In this document: positions 35,782-45,241 of the stretch, in pieces | Position numbering within the stretch: the stretch's first letter is position 1 | How the letters are laid out: each line of letters begins with the position of its first letter | IMG/VR virus record: IMGVR_UViG_3300005688_000042 | Reading direction: 5' to 3' (one strand) | DNA from: a virus | Taxonomy: Duplodnaviria > Heunggongvirae > Uroviricota > Caudoviricetes | DNA: 64,000 bases | Position numbers and translations under genes: made by a program | Notes under the pieces: generated by a model | Told to the model about the DNA's origin: nothing | Seen by the model: only the letters and a program-made list of their open reading frames with translations | Databases searched by the model: none

Positions 35782-36891
35782 GTGAATCTTGCCCACAAAA
35801 TTCAGTTAAAACCCAACAAAGAACAGAAGCAGATGCTGGCGCGAGCCGCAGGCTGCGCCAGATTCACTTACAATTGGGCTTTGGCCGAATGGAATAAGCA
35901 ATATATGGCAGGCGAGAAACCGTCAGCATTAAAATTGAAAAAGCAATTCAATTCCATTAAAAAGCAGGAATTTCCATGGATATACGATTCACCAAAAGAT
36001 GCAAATCAACAACCATTTACAAATTTACAAAGTGCTTTCAAAGGTTTCTTCGACAAACGAACCGCGTATCCGCAGTTTAAGAAAAAGTACAAACGCGATT
36101 CATTTTATGTCTCAAACGATCAATTTCACATAACTGATAATATGATTAAACTTCCACTAATTGGAAAAATTAAATTGGAAGAGACATTGAGATTTGAAGG
36201 TAAGATCATGTCTGCTGTGGTCAGTCGAAAAGCTGATAAATGGTTTATATCAATTGCGGTAGAGATGAATGATTATGGTAAAGCTAGAACATCAGATAAC
36301 ACCATAGCAATTGATTTTGGCATCAAAACTTTCGCGGTTGATCAAAATGGCGCATCTTTCGATGCACCAAAACCATTGAAAAACAAGCTTCAAAAGCTGA
36401 AAAGGTATCAGAGAATTTGTTCAAAGAGAAAAGATGGAAGTCAAAACAAAAAGAAACAAAGATGTAAAGTAGCAAAAATACATAAAGAAATCAGTGACTT
36501 ACGTCACGATTTCACACACAAATTTACAACTCAAATCTGTCGCGAAAACCAAACGATAATTATAGAAGATTTGAATTTGAAAAGCTGGAGCAAAATGTTT
36601 GGGAAGTCAGGAATTGATGGTGGCGTGGGCGAAGCCCGACGCCAACTCAAATACAAGTCATTGATTTATAACAACAATTTAGTTGTAATAGATAAATGGG
36701 CACCGACTTCCAAATCATGTTCTAGTTGTGGTAGCTATAAATCAGACTTGAAATTGAGTGATCGAATCTTCTGCTGTACGGATTGTGGTCATAAAATGGA
36801 CAGAGATTGGAATGCTGCCAAAAATATTTATGTCTCAGGAATGAGACAACTAGGGATGGCTTGTCCCGAAGTTACGCCTTTGGACATCTGA
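35782..36891 (+). CDS. tnpB: TnpB (OrfB), apparently intact; probable GTG start
   Basis: RuvC-I IDFGIKT, RuvC-II IIIEDLN, zinc finger CSSCGS...CTDCGH, RuvC-III DRDWNAAKNI; no in-frame ATG after the HTH ORF stop. Confidence 0.6.
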   Translation: MNLAHKIQLKPNKEQKQMLARAAGCARFTYNWALAEWNKQYMAGEKPSALKLKKQFNSIKKQEFPWIYDSPKDANQQPFTNLQSAFKGFFDKRTAYPQFKKKYKRDSFYVSNDQFHITDNMIKLPLIGKIKLEETLRFEGKIMSAVVSRKADKWFISIAVEMNDYGKARTSDNTIAIDFGIKTFAVDQNGASFDAPKPLKNKLQKLKRYQRICSKRKDGSQNKKKQRCKVAKIHKEISDLRHDFTHKFTTQICRENQTIIIEDLNLKSWSKMFGKSGIDGGVGEARRQLKYKSLIYNNNLVVIDKWAPTSKSCSSCGSYKSDLKLSDRIFCCTDCGHKMDRDWNAAKNIYVSGMRQLGMACPEVTPLDI

Positions 36892-37004
36892 CCAATTTGC
36901 ACAGAAAATCGTGTGAAAGTTGGATGGTTGAATTAGGAACTGGAATGATGTACATTATGTACATGTTTTAGGAAGCAGATAATGGTGATGGTAGTCATTC
37001 TTAT

Positions 37005-37469
37005 ATGAAATTAAATAAAGAACTGTTAGATTCTGATCCAATAGAATTAAAATTATTTTACTCATCGTATGTAAGTCCATCATTTTCCGATGATCAAATG
37101 TTTGCAAAGATAAAGATAGACAATATACAAACGAAAAAAGTGGCAACACAACATAAGTCGTCTAATGGATTGGTTCAGATAGAAGGTAATATCGAAAATA
37201 GTAAAGCATTTCTTCGGTTCCCACCTAATAGGTTGATAAATGAATCTACAGGTGAAGTTACATATGATTATGTATCCGAAGAACAGAAGAAACAATGGCC
37301 AGAACCACAATTAAAGAAAGATGCTGATCCTCCTAAAAAGAAACAGAAAGAAATAGTCAAGCCAGAACCTAAGCCAGAATATGGTGAAACCATAAACATT
37401 CGTAAAAAGAAATCATTGTGGGAAAGGATCATTGATAGAATCATCAAAAATATAGTATGGGGTAAGTGA
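37005..37469 (+). CDS. hypothetical Lys-rich protein
   Basis: ORF track. Confidence 0.45.
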   Translation: MKLNKELLDSDPIELKLFYSSYVSPSFSDDQMFAKIKIDNIQTKKVATQHKSSNGLVQIEGNIENSKAFLRFPPNRLINESTGEVTYDYVSEEQKKQWPEPQLKKDADPPKKKQKEIVKPEPKPEYGETINIRKKKSLWERIIDRIIKNIVWGK

Positions 37470-37679
37470 ATGCGTAAGCTAGAAGGCGAGTGGACAATAG
37501 AATATGAAAAGCCTGTTAGGCAATATCATAGTCGGGCATTACGAATGATGGTTAAACAGTTAAAACAAGAGATAGCCGATGATGCTAAAGTAATTGTTGA
37601 TAAATATGCGACTGAAGCCGTCTTAAAACATCTGATTAAAGAGCTTCGTAAACAGACGAAAGAGAGATTTAAGAAATGA
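37470..37679 (+). CDS. hypothetical protein
   Basis: ORF track. Confidence 0.4.
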   Translation: MRKLEGEWTIEYEKPVRQYHSRALRMMVKQLKQEIADDAKVIVDKYATEAVLKHLIKELRKQTKERFKK

Positions 37680-38008
37680 ATTATACAGTCAATGGGCCAT
37701 TTATTATATTGGATGGAGTTAATAGGGGAGGTCCGAGCTATAAGCTTGATGCCAATTTTGATTTAGATATATCTTGGGAGAAAACTTCGAAGCGTAGATT
37801 GAATACCAATAGAATCCTACCAAAGAGTAAAAGAAATCATAATATTATTCAGCCTTGGCAGTCATCATATAAGCGGTGGAATAGAAATCCCCATATTATC
37901 GAAAGACTTCTCGTTAAGAAATGCGCTAAAGAGATATGTGATGAAATTGATAAGGAACTTATGGCAGATTTAGTAAAATTATTTAGAGGGCCATTATTTA
38001 ATGTATAA
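37676..38008 (+). CDS. hypothetical protein, paralogue of 39212..39526
   Basis: Shared IIQPWQS.Y.R and EI.DEIDKE motifs. Confidence 0.45.
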   Translation: MNYTVNGPFIILDGVNRGGPSYKLDANFDLDISWEKTSKRRLNTNRILPKSKRNHNIIQPWQSSYKRWNRNPHIIERLLVKKCAKEICDEIDKELMADLVKLFRGPLFNV

Positions 38009-38405
38009 CATAGCAAACTTGACATATAACTGCAATTTCAAGATTGATTACACAAACTATAAGGGCGAACGTTCAGTAAGAACTATTCGCCCAATTTGCA
38101 TATGGTTTGGATCAACGGAATATCACAAAGAGCCACAATTTCTTTTAAACGCTCTAGACGTTGATAAAAATGAAGAGAGGGATTTCGCGATGAAGGATAT
38201 CCACGATCTAGAGCTTGATAACCAAGACGGTTATTACAATCCGCTATCGTTACAAGAAGATTACATTTTTCCATATCCTTCCAATAGTGGGGCGACAGTT
38301 GAAGGTGATAATGTAATTATACTAGACAGAGAAGAATTGCTCAAACAGTTGACAAGGACTCTGCTACCAGATACTATAGAGCCATCAAATGAGAAACAAG
38401 AATAA
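38001..38405 (+). CDS. hypothetical protein
   Basis: ORF track. Confidence 0.45.
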   Translation: MYNIANLTYNCNFKIDYTNYKGERSVRTIRPICIWFGSTEYHKEPQFLLNALDVDKNEERDFAMKDIHDLELDNQDGYYNPLSLQEDYIFPYPSNSGATVEGDNVIILDREELLKQLTRTLLPDTIEPSNEKQE

Positions 38406-38560
38406 CATATGTAACCGGAAACGGTGTCATTAAAGGCGGTTGAATACTACCCGGCTGAGATTAGACAGAGAGGTTCGAAACTCTCAAACTATCGAGAACT
38501 AAGGAATGGACCGGGTTCGTTATCACAATGTCAACCTGCATATGTTTTACTTATATGTAA
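38401..38560 (+). ncRNA. structured RNA element, copy 1 of a duplicated ~150-nt unit (starts in the last codons of the upstream ORF)
   Basis: About 85% identical to 40669-40830; hairpin GAGAG-gttcgaaa-CTCTC; long-range CCCGG/CCGGG; bounded by CATATG palindromes. Confidence 0.4.
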
Positions 38561-38566
38561 TAGTAC

Positions 38567-38638
38567 ACCCTGTTAGTAATAGCGGCTAGAATATCTATAT
38601 TGATCTGGAAGAGGACGGTTCGATACCGTCACAGGGTG
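38567..38638 (+). tRNA. tRNA-sized (72 nt) tRNA-like gene, anticodon arm degenerate
   Basis: Acceptor ACCCTGT/ACAGGGT, T-arm GACGG-TTCGATA-CCGTC; no convincing anticodon stem. Confidence 0.3.
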
Positions 38639-38654
38639 TATGAAAAAGAATTAA

Positions 38655-38729
38655 GCCCATTTAGCTCAGAGAAAGAGCAGCGATAGCGTATAGCGGCGAG
38701 CGCGGGTTCAAGTCCCGTAGTGGGCTCCA
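38655..38729 (+). tRNA. tRNA-like gene with CCA, D-arm GCTC/GAGC, anticodon arm non-canonical (probable pseudo-tRNA)
   Basis: Acceptor GCCCATT/AGTGGGC, T-arm GCGGG-TTCAAGT-CCCGT; homologue of 40931..41002. Confidence 0.35.
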
Positions 38730-38752
38730 AATTATACAGGAATATTGGCTTT

Positions 38753-39175
38753 ATGATGTCTGCAAATGGTTTAACAAAATTGATGGAAGAATGCGGTGAA
38801 CTAGTTCAGATATGCGCAAAGAAAATCGCATATTATGATAGTGATGATCACCCGGATGGTAAAGGTTCCATGATAACCAGAATGACTGAAGAGATGGGTG
38901 ATGTACTTGCAGCTATTGACTTTGTAGCAAGAAAGTGGCAGATTAGTGAGGATGCTCTTGCGGCTAGAAGGCTCAAAAAGCGTGAATTATTTATAGAATG
39001 GGACAATCGCGATTCAAACATTGCTGACGCCTGTGATTTCAATAATGTAAATTTAAAGAAAGCATTGCGAACTGTCGATTTTGAACGTGATAATATAAAG
39101 AATATGAGTGTCATTAACGGCGAGCTTCGCAAACGCATTAAAGAACTTGAGGACAATCTGAATGAAAAGCAATAA
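38753..39175 (+). CDS. MazG-like nucleotide pyrophosphohydrolase (start trimmed to MMSANG)
   Basis: EE..E/D motifs LMEECGELVQ and EEMGDVLAAIDF; ORF track 38720..39175 overlaps the tRNA-like gene. Confidence 0.5.
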   Translation: MMSANGLTKLMEECGELVQICAKKIAYYDSDDHPDGKGSMITRMTEEMGDVLAAIDFVARKWQISEDALAARRLKKRELFIEWDNRDSNIADACDFNNVNLKKALRTVDFERDNIKNMSVINGELRKRIKELEDNLNEKQ

Positions 39176-39211
39176 ATTCAGTAATTGACAGACAAAAGAG
39201 ATATTTAAGTA

Positions 39212-39526
39212 ATGAATGTAATTTACAAATTATACAAATACATAAAAAGTTTATTTTGGAAACATGAAGGCAGAAAATTAACTGCTAGTTGGACAATGGA
39301 GGCTGAAAAATGGTGGCTTCCATTACAGTATAAAAAAACGTATGCATTTAAACGCAATAAGGCAATAATTCAGCCATGGCAATCTAGATATCGTCGCAAT
39401 AAAAGACAATGGCACTTAGCCATGAACAATGTTGTGCGCAGATTGGCAAACGAAATCAGAGATGAAATAGATAAAGAAATTTTAGCGGAAATACAACAAA
39501 TGGTGGACGATGGACGCTTTAAGTAA
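39212..39526 (+). CDS. hypothetical protein, paralogue of 37676..38008
   Basis: IIQPWQSRYRR, EIRDEIDKE. Confidence 0.45.
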   Translation: MNVIYKLYKYIKSLFWKHEGRKLTASWTMEAEKWWLPLQYKKTYAFKRNKAIIQPWQSRYRRNKRQWHLAMNNVVRRLANEIRDEIDKEILAEIQQMVDDGRFK

Positions 39527-39959
39527 AGTAAATACCAGAAGAGTAATTCAAAAATTACAGGAAGAATGTTCACAAAGATTAATGCATGATCTATTTACCA
39601 ATGATTTGCATAATTGTGAAAGTATTATAAAAGATACTTGCGAATATTTTAAAGATAAAAATATGATATATGATTATGGCGTAACAGATTGTAAGACTGT
39701 CACGTACCATAGTTATGAATTTATTCGTAAAAATAGAAGGTATTATATCCGCCCATTTGTAATAGATCAAAATGAATTTATAACATACGCTGATGATGTT
39801 AAGTGTCGTAGTAAGCGTCATGCAGTTAAATTGTGGAAGGATGGAATGATCGGTAAAGAGTTGATGTGGGTTGACTTATTGATCAAACCGGTTCTACCAT
39901 GTAATTATATTCAATTGAAATACACTATAAAGAGGAATCGAAATATAAATGAAAATTGA
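39510..39959 (+). CDS. hypothetical protein
   Basis: ORF track. Confidence 0.45.
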   Translation: MDALSKVNTRRVIQKLQEECSQRLMHDLFTNDLHNCESIIKDTCEYFKDKNMIYDYGVTDCKTVTYHSYEFIRKNRRYYIRPFVIDQNEFITYADDVKCRSKRHAVKLWKDGMIGKELMWVDLLIKPVLPCNYIQLKYTIKRNRNINEN

Positions 39960-40245
39960 ATTTAAAATTACTGTAGATAGTCGTAATATGTTACAACCAT
40001 TCTTTGACGAATATAAAAGAATTCGGGGTTCTCAATGTTTTACATATGAAGAATTTGAGAACGCAGTTATGGCAAATGATTATCTTTTTGATAAAGTTAA
40101 AAAACTTGCTTTGGGTTGGATGAATATTGGGTTAGATGATTTTGATGAATATGATGATGTATATGATTTAGCACGATGTTTACCTACACAATGTAAATAT
40201 ATTGATAATATTATTAATTGTAAAAGGATTATTTATGCAATATGA
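39949..40245 (+). CDS. hypothetical protein
   Basis: ORF track. Confidence 0.45.
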   Translation: MKIEFKITVDSRNMLQPFFDEYKRIRGSQCFTYEEFENAVMANDYLFDKVKKLALGWMNIGLDDFDEYDDVYDLARCLPTQCKYIDNIINCKRIIYAI

Positions 40246-40417
40246 ATGGAAAGTAATTGAGCATCGGTTTAAGGAAGGTTATGGGCATGTCGAGAAAGAG
40301 TACCTTGATATGTTACAACAAGGATATGAGTATCTTGGAACTCTCCCCGAAAAATCAAAATCTGGACATTTTAACGTTTATAGAAAACGTATTAATGGCG
40401 AGCAAAACAATGGATAA
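40235..40417 (+). CDS. hypothetical protein (start trimmed to MQYEWKV)
   Basis: ORF track 40202..40417. Confidence 0.35.
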   Translation: MQYEWKVIEHRFKEGYGHVEKEYLDMLQQGYEYLGTLPEKSKSGHFNVYRKRINGEQNNG

Positions 40418-40668
40418 GGAACTCTTACAAGAAATAAAAGAAACTTTACAGATGGTAATAAATGTTATCAATGAAGGGGATTTCGAAGTCGGATATTGTT
40501 GTTGCTGAAGCTCGTGTGATACTCATGGAATGGGTGATGGGCACAGTCCAGTAGATGCTGGCTTTTATTATAATCAAATGTTGCCAATCCAACGAATAGA
40601 AAAATTGTTAGAACGCTTGACGTCAACCCAAGAGTCAGCTATGATAGCTTCAACAAATCAAGAATAAC

Positions 40669-40830
40669 ATATGTAACCAGAAATGGTGCCATTTAAAGAC
40701 GATTGAATACTACCCGGCTGAGATAGCAACAGAGTTCGAAATCTGTATACTGTCGAGACTTACGGAATGGACCGGGTTCGTTATCACAATGTCAATCTGC
40801 ATATGTTTAAATTTTATGATATCCATGAAA
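40669..40830 (+). ncRNA. structured RNA element, copy 2
   Basis: Hairpin CAGA-gttcgaaat-TCTG is a compensatory variant of the copy-1 hairpin; same CCCGG/CCGGG and CATATG landmarks. Confidence 0.4.
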
Positions 40831-40930
40831 AGAATGTTATCAGAAGTCACCATTTTTGGATATACAAATTGGTGATAGGGTGATAAGTCATATTGTCACT
40901 CCCAGTAGAATATTGTGAACAAGAACAAAT

Positions 40931-41002
40931 GCCCTCTTAGCTCAGAGAAAGAGCAGCGGAAAACATAGCTGGTCACGGGTTTAAGTCCCGTAGTGGGCAC
41001 CA
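40931..41002 (+). tRNA. tRNA-like gene (homologue of 38655..38729), CCA encoded, anticodon arm degenerate
   Basis: Identical D-arm, T-arm ACGGG-TTTAAGT-CCCGT, 3' acceptor AGTGGGC-A-CCA; one acceptor mismatch. Confidence 0.3.
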
Positions 41003-41021
41003 AATATAAAAGGAAATACTA

Positions 41022-41198
41022 AAATGTCAAATGATTCTATATCATTCAAAGAATTTGTTGCGAAATATATCCGAGACAATTTAAAAATTAATTTAAATAT
41101 TAATAAAGAGTATGGATATGACGACTCTTGTAAAACTATCTCCGTAGAATTGACCCTAGAAGGTGAGACTATCGGATATACCACAGCGTATTTAGATT
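41022..41198 (+). CDS. small hypothetical protein (58 aa)
   Basis: Hand translation MSNDSISFKEFVAKYIRDN...; AAAAGGAAA RBS. Confidence 0.3.
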
Positions 41199-41240
41199 AA
41201 TACCAGAAATTATGGAGAGAGAAAAATTAATATTTTTATT

Positions 41241-41690
41241 GTGGATCGAAATCCTGAAGTAGCGGCCAGAGAATTAAACGACAAACACGTGATAAAATTA
41301 ATTTTAGAGGGTTGTCAGCTAATGACAACTGTACTTCATCGTTACGGCGAAGGTTATTATTGTACATACAAACCGACTCATCATAATCATCCCTGTACGC
41401 GATGGGCTGGCGACAGTAAGCAGAACTTCATGTGGCTATGGTTTCATACGAAAGAACTCTGTAAAGAGTACACAAGACGTTATGGCAAGGTTCACAAGAG
41501 TGAACAATACTTAGCTGAGTATATGCCACCAGAATCAATGCCTGATATCGGTTTAACACCATTCGCGCAGGCTATGCCAGACCAATATAAACACGAAGAT
41601 GCTGTTATAGCGTATAGAAATTATTACCATGGCGAGAAAGCATCATTCTCAACATGGAAGACACAAAAACCTCATTGGTGGAAATTATAA
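41241..41690 (+). CDS. hypothetical protein; weak resemblance to pyrimidine-dimer DNA glycosylase (DenV-like)
   Basis: N-terminus NPEVAARELNDKH and C-terminal W-rich tail loosely recall T4 endonuclease V; low certainty. Confidence 0.25.
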   Translation: MDRNPEVAARELNDKHVIKLILEGCQLMTTVLHRYGEGYYCTYKPTHHNHPCTRWAGDSKQNFMWLWFHTKELCKEYTRRYGKVHKSEQYLAEYMPPESMPDIGLTPFAQAMPDQYKHEDAVIAYRNYYHGEKASFSTWKTQKPHWWKL

Positions 41691-41980
41691 TGGACAAAAA
41701 AGAAACATTGTTAGAACGATTGGAATGCGTACTTTTGGGATATTGTTTTTCAAATTCACCTAAATCTTTGGGTAGAAAATATGATGAACTTTTTATATTA
41801 CGTAAATTGGAATATCGCTTAATCAAAGAGCCTTTACTATTATTGATATATTTTTTGGTAAATCTTCCATACAAATTTAATAGTACATATAAACCATATG
41901 TAATTCGTAAATATTATCATATGAAATGGTGGTATCTGGAAAAATTCCACGGAAAGCGTAAACTTAGAGTGGATGATTAG
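41690..41980 (+). CDS. hypothetical protein (start MDKKETLL, TAATG overlap)
   Basis: ORF track 41654..41980. Confidence 0.4.
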   Translation: MDKKETLLERLECVLLGYCFSNSPKSLGRKYDELFILRKLEYRLIKEPLLLLIYFLVNLPYKFNSTYKPYVIRKYYHMKWWYLEKFHGKRKLRVDD

Positions 41981-41982
41981 AT

Positions 41983-42141
41983 ATGAGCCAATTAATTAGT
42001 GCCACAAAACAAGAAACGATAGAGTATTTTAATCGTGCTCATCAAATTTATTTAATAAGTTTGTGTAACGATGATTCTGTGGATGATATAGCAGCACAAT
42101 TGGCAGAAATTGATGGTAAAATTTTGGAAGAGCAAAAATAA
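41983..42141 (+). CDS. small hypothetical protein (52 aa)
   Basis: Hand translation MSQLISATKQETIEYFNRAH... Confidence 0.3.
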   Translation: MSQLISATKQETIEYFNRAHQIYLISLCNDDSVDDIAAQLAEIDGKILEEQK

Positions 42142-42377
42142 TGTCTCATAATTTATATTTTAGAAGGGTTCGCCCAAACGGTCATGTGGATTTTCCGATA
42201 CAAATTCCAACGGAAGTGTCGCGTCAAGTCATCAATTTAACAAATGACAATGATAGATTATTATATTTGCGAAATTATCTTGAGGATTGTGAATGGAATT
42301 ATAAAGATATTTGCGAAGTACTTGAAATGGTTGCGGATATGATGGATGATGAAAACTTGACATTGATGGTGGACTAA
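42141..42377 (+). CDS. hypothetical protein
   Basis: ORF track. Confidence 0.45.
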   Translation: MSHNLYFRRVRPNGHVDFPIQIPTEVSRQVINLTNDNDRLLYLRNYLEDCEWNYKDICEVLEMVADMMDDENLTLMVD

Positions 42378-42379
42378 AA

Positions 42380-42541
42380 ATGAAAGCTAGTACATTAATT
42401 GATAAATTGCAACGTACAATTGAAGAACATGGTGATTATCAAGTCTACTATGCGGACTATTGGCGTTACGCCGAAGTGGTCAATTCAATTAAAATTGAAA
42501 ATAATGTCAGAGACAACGACAAAGTAATTTTATTATCTTAA
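42380..42541 (+). CDS. small hypothetical protein (53 aa)
   Basis: Hand translation MKASTLIDKLQRTIEEHGD... Confidence 0.3.
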   Translation: MKASTLIDKLQRTIEEHGDYQVYYADYWRYAEVVNSIKIENNVRDNDKVILLS

Positions 42542-42551
42542 GGAAATCAAT

Positions 42552-42779
42552 ATGTTAGACATTATATTGTTTTATTTTGTTCCAATGATTATAGTTTTTT
42601 TATGGTTATATTATTTTATATACATAAATGATAATGTAACTGTAACTAACGGTGCTGTTATGATTGCTGTTATAGTTTCATTGATACCGGGTGTAAATAT
42701 TATTGGCGCTATCACTACAATTGTAATTTGGTTGATAGAGAGTGATTGGGCGAATACCCCTTTCAAAAAGCCATGGTGA
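42552..42779 (+). CDS. membrane protein
   Basis: ORF track; hydrophobic. Confidence 0.45.
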   Translation: MLDIILFYFVPMIIVFLWLYYFIYINDNVTVTNGAVMIAVIVSLIPGVNIIGAITTIVIWLIESDWANTPFKKPW

Positions 42780-42930
42780 ATCTCTGGGCAACAACCTATA
42801 GATGTCCCATATGTCACGATCAATTGATTAATGTTAATGAACTACAATATTCTGACAAGCCAATTGTTAAACCATTGAATCCTTGTACCAACTGTGATAG
42901 AATGAAACAAATAACAGAGCCACCTACATC

Positions 42931-43131
42931 ATGACTATAACATTTGCACTTTTACTCGCACTACATTTTTTATATCACTTGATCGCTACTATTACAGTAG
43001 TGTATTCGCTATGGCACTCTAATACGGTCCACAAACGCGCGTGGTGGAAGTTAGTCGCTGCGGTGGCGTGGACTGCACTGTCAGTGTATCTAGCAGTAGA
43101 AGTGTTTCTAGGAGGGCACAACCATGGTTGA
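42931..43131 (+). CDS. membrane protein
   Basis: ORF track; hydrophobic. Confidence 0.4.
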   Translation: MTITFALLLALHFLYHLIATITVVYSLWHSNTVHKRAWWKLVAAVAWTALSVYLAVEVFLGGHNHG

Positions 43132-43343
43132 ATATTCAAAACCTATCGTAATGGATGATGGAAATCTATATCTCCCAAATCATATGATAATTGGTGGTAT
43201 TCCACTGATTTTAAAAAATCAAATGAATGAACTACTAATTCCAAATAATACCATTAATGAATGTGTGAGATTGAGCCATATGATGATATTAAACCAATAA
43301 CGTATGAATATAAAAACTGAAGAAGAACCTAATTTGATATATT

Positions 43344-43568
43344 TTGACATTAAACCAATTGAAGAGAAATAATGACATGAACAAATTTCAATATTTAATT
43401 AGAACTTATGAGTTAATGGAAAAAAACACGTATGACATAGAAGATGAAATCAATGAAATTGGTGATGATGGATGGGAATTATGTAATGTCATAGAATCAG
43501 AATATTTACTAAAGTGTTTCTTTAAACGAATGAAAAAAGAAGTACCAACAAATACAGGAGCAAGATAA
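43344..43568 (+). CDS. hypothetical protein, paralogue of 43921..44115
   Basis: Shared EINEIGDDGWELCNV / ELNELGRLGWELVSV and C-terminal P(T/E)(N/S)TG.R. Confidence 0.45.
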   Translation: MTLNQLKRNNDMNKFQYLIRTYELMEKNTYDIEDEINEIGDDGWELCNVIESEYLLKCFFKRMKKEVPTNTGAR

Positions 43569-43924
43569 TGAGTGATGAATCTTTAGAACGAAAAGAATTA
43601 GGCAAGATCAAGTCAGTAGAGTTTGGTCTGGGTGGATATCAAGACGCCTGCTTAGGTATTCAATTTAGCCTTGGCGGCGAATCATGGGGCGTCGGCGATT
43701 GGAAGGGACCGTGGGATTTTAATCTTATTGAATGTGACAGCCATAGTAGATGGACTGAAGAGGATAGGGAAAAGCAGGCTATTGAAATGCTTAAATTTAT
43801 ATCTAACTTATTACGGGATGCAAATGTCAGACATATATCACAATTAAAGAACAAACCAATTGAAGTGACATTCAAGAATTATAATACATTGAAGGGTTGG
43901 AGAATTCTTAAGGAAGTATTATGA
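43568..43924 (+). CDS. hypothetical protein
   Basis: ORF track. Confidence 0.45.
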   Translation: MSDESLERKELGKIKSVEFGLGGYQDACLGIQFSLGGESWGVGDWKGPWDFNLIECDSHSRWTEEDREKQAIEMLKFISNLLRDANVRHISQLKNKPIEVTFKNYNTLKGWRILKEVL

Positions 43925-44115
43925 ATAATATATTCAGTTACATAGTAAGAAAATCTGATAATTTTATTAATAATCCAACGCAGGTTGAGCAGGAATTAAA
44001 TGAGCTTGGACGACTTGGTTGGGAATTGGTTTCCGTAGTACGCGGTGACCGTTACACAAACCATTATTTCAAGAAAACAATAAATATCGTACCGGAAAGT
44101 ACAGGACCAAGATGA
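43921..44115 (+). CDS. hypothetical protein (paralogue of 43344)
   Basis: See 43344. Confidence 0.45.
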   Translation: MNNIFSYIVRKSDNFINNPTQVEQELNELGRLGWELVSVVRGDRYTNHYFKKTINIVPESTGPR

Positions 44116-44423
44116 AAGAGCTAAAGTTAACAACAAAGCTAGAATTACCATGCGGGTGTGTTGAAGAATACACCTTTTCAGAGGGTGAAATAGTTTATTT
44201 CATAGAAAATGAAGACAAACAGTTAGACAAAGAACTGTTCAGTTTCTGGTTAAACACAAAAATTAGAAATCACGTATGTATAGCAACATATGAAGACATA
44301 GAAAAATATTTACTATGCATGCTGCCTATGTTGGCCAAAGAATCTGATTATTATCAGCAAGAATTAATTCATATGTTGGCAGATGTTTTCGCCAGCCAAG
44401 AAGGAAAGAGAATGCCATGGTAA
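44112..44423 (+). CDS. hypothetical protein
   Basis: ORF track. Confidence 0.45.
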   Translation: MKELKLTTKLELPCGCVEEYTFSEGEIVYFIENEDKQLDKELFSFWLNTKIRNHVCIATYEDIEKYLLCMLPMLAKESDYYQQELIHMLADVFASQEGKRMPW

Positions 44424-44602
44424 CTTTATTTTACTTTATACCGATGTTTATTTGTATAACTATTGCGTCTACAATCTACATTAATCATTTTAATGCATAC
44501 GATAGTGTTTTCTTGTTTATAATAGCATTTATACCAATCTTGAACATCCTTGTTCTGATCTTCCTAACCTATTTGTTTATAACTTCTCATAGAAATATTT
44601 AA
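44417..44602 (+). CDS. small membrane protein
   Basis: ORF track; hydrophobic. Confidence 0.4.
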   Translation: MVTLFYFIPMFICITIASTIYINHFNAYDSVFLFIIAFIPILNILVLIFLTYLFITSHRNI

Positions 44603-44605
44603 TTA

Positions 44606-45241
44606 TTATGAAACGTCTTTGATGCTGAAGGCGGGGTCAGTGAAGACTAATTGGATACCAACAGGAGACAAACGAACCATAATATTTTTAGCTGCAATAT
44701 CTTCTCTGAAATGAGGATTAGAATCTATGAAGTCATGTATTATTGTAACAGCCTCTTTCCAACTTTCTAATTTTATATTCTTAGGTTTTTGCAATGCAAA
44801 CACCAATGATGAAACCCTATTTTGTAGTCCCAAATGTGGACTATTAGGAATATTACTAACCTGATCATTAAGATATAACTCGGTGACATTATTAATTCGT
44901 TCATCTGATTCTTCATTATTAGTCGCATCATAAATCAGATATTCTTGAAGCGTTTTGTGAAGCTTTTCCATTTCCCAATGCTTTCCGCCAGCGGAAACGT
45001 AGATTCGAGGAAAATGTGGATTGCGCTGTGCAAGTTTATTCTTCATTAAGAAGTCTGCATAGGCATTATACGCACTATCATGATAGTCAGCAGTTTTGAT
45101 TACAGTATGAGGGTCATCTTTATTATTGAACACAGTAGAAAAATGTCCACCGCCAGTTTCGCTGCCAGTATTAACTTTTGGGACATCTTTTAGTTGTTGC
45201 TGATCGAATACTTCAATAAGTTTCATTCCATTGTCTCCCAA
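44606..45241 (-). CDS. hypothetical protein, tandem paralogue of 45223..45813
   Basis: Shared AYNAYADFLMKNKLAQRNPHFPRIY...W.MEKL. Confidence 0.5.
   Translation of the reverse strand: MGDNGMKLIEVFDQQQLKDVPKVNTGSETGGGHFSTVFNNKDDPHTVIKTADYHDSAYNAYADFLMKNKLAQRNPHFPRIYVSAGGKHWEMEKLHKTLQEYLIYDATNNEESDERINNVTELYLNDQVSNIPNSPHLGLQNRVSSLVFALQKPKNIKLESWKEAVTIIHDFIDSNPHFREDIAAKNIMVRLSPVGIQLVFTDPAFSIKDVS

Larger units (their letters stand above)
35590..36891 (+). mobile_element. IS607-like element copy 2, degraded: TnpA reduced to an HTH-only 52-aa ORF, TnpB intact; begins TATAAATAGAT
   Basis: See the two CDS below. Confidence 0.5.
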
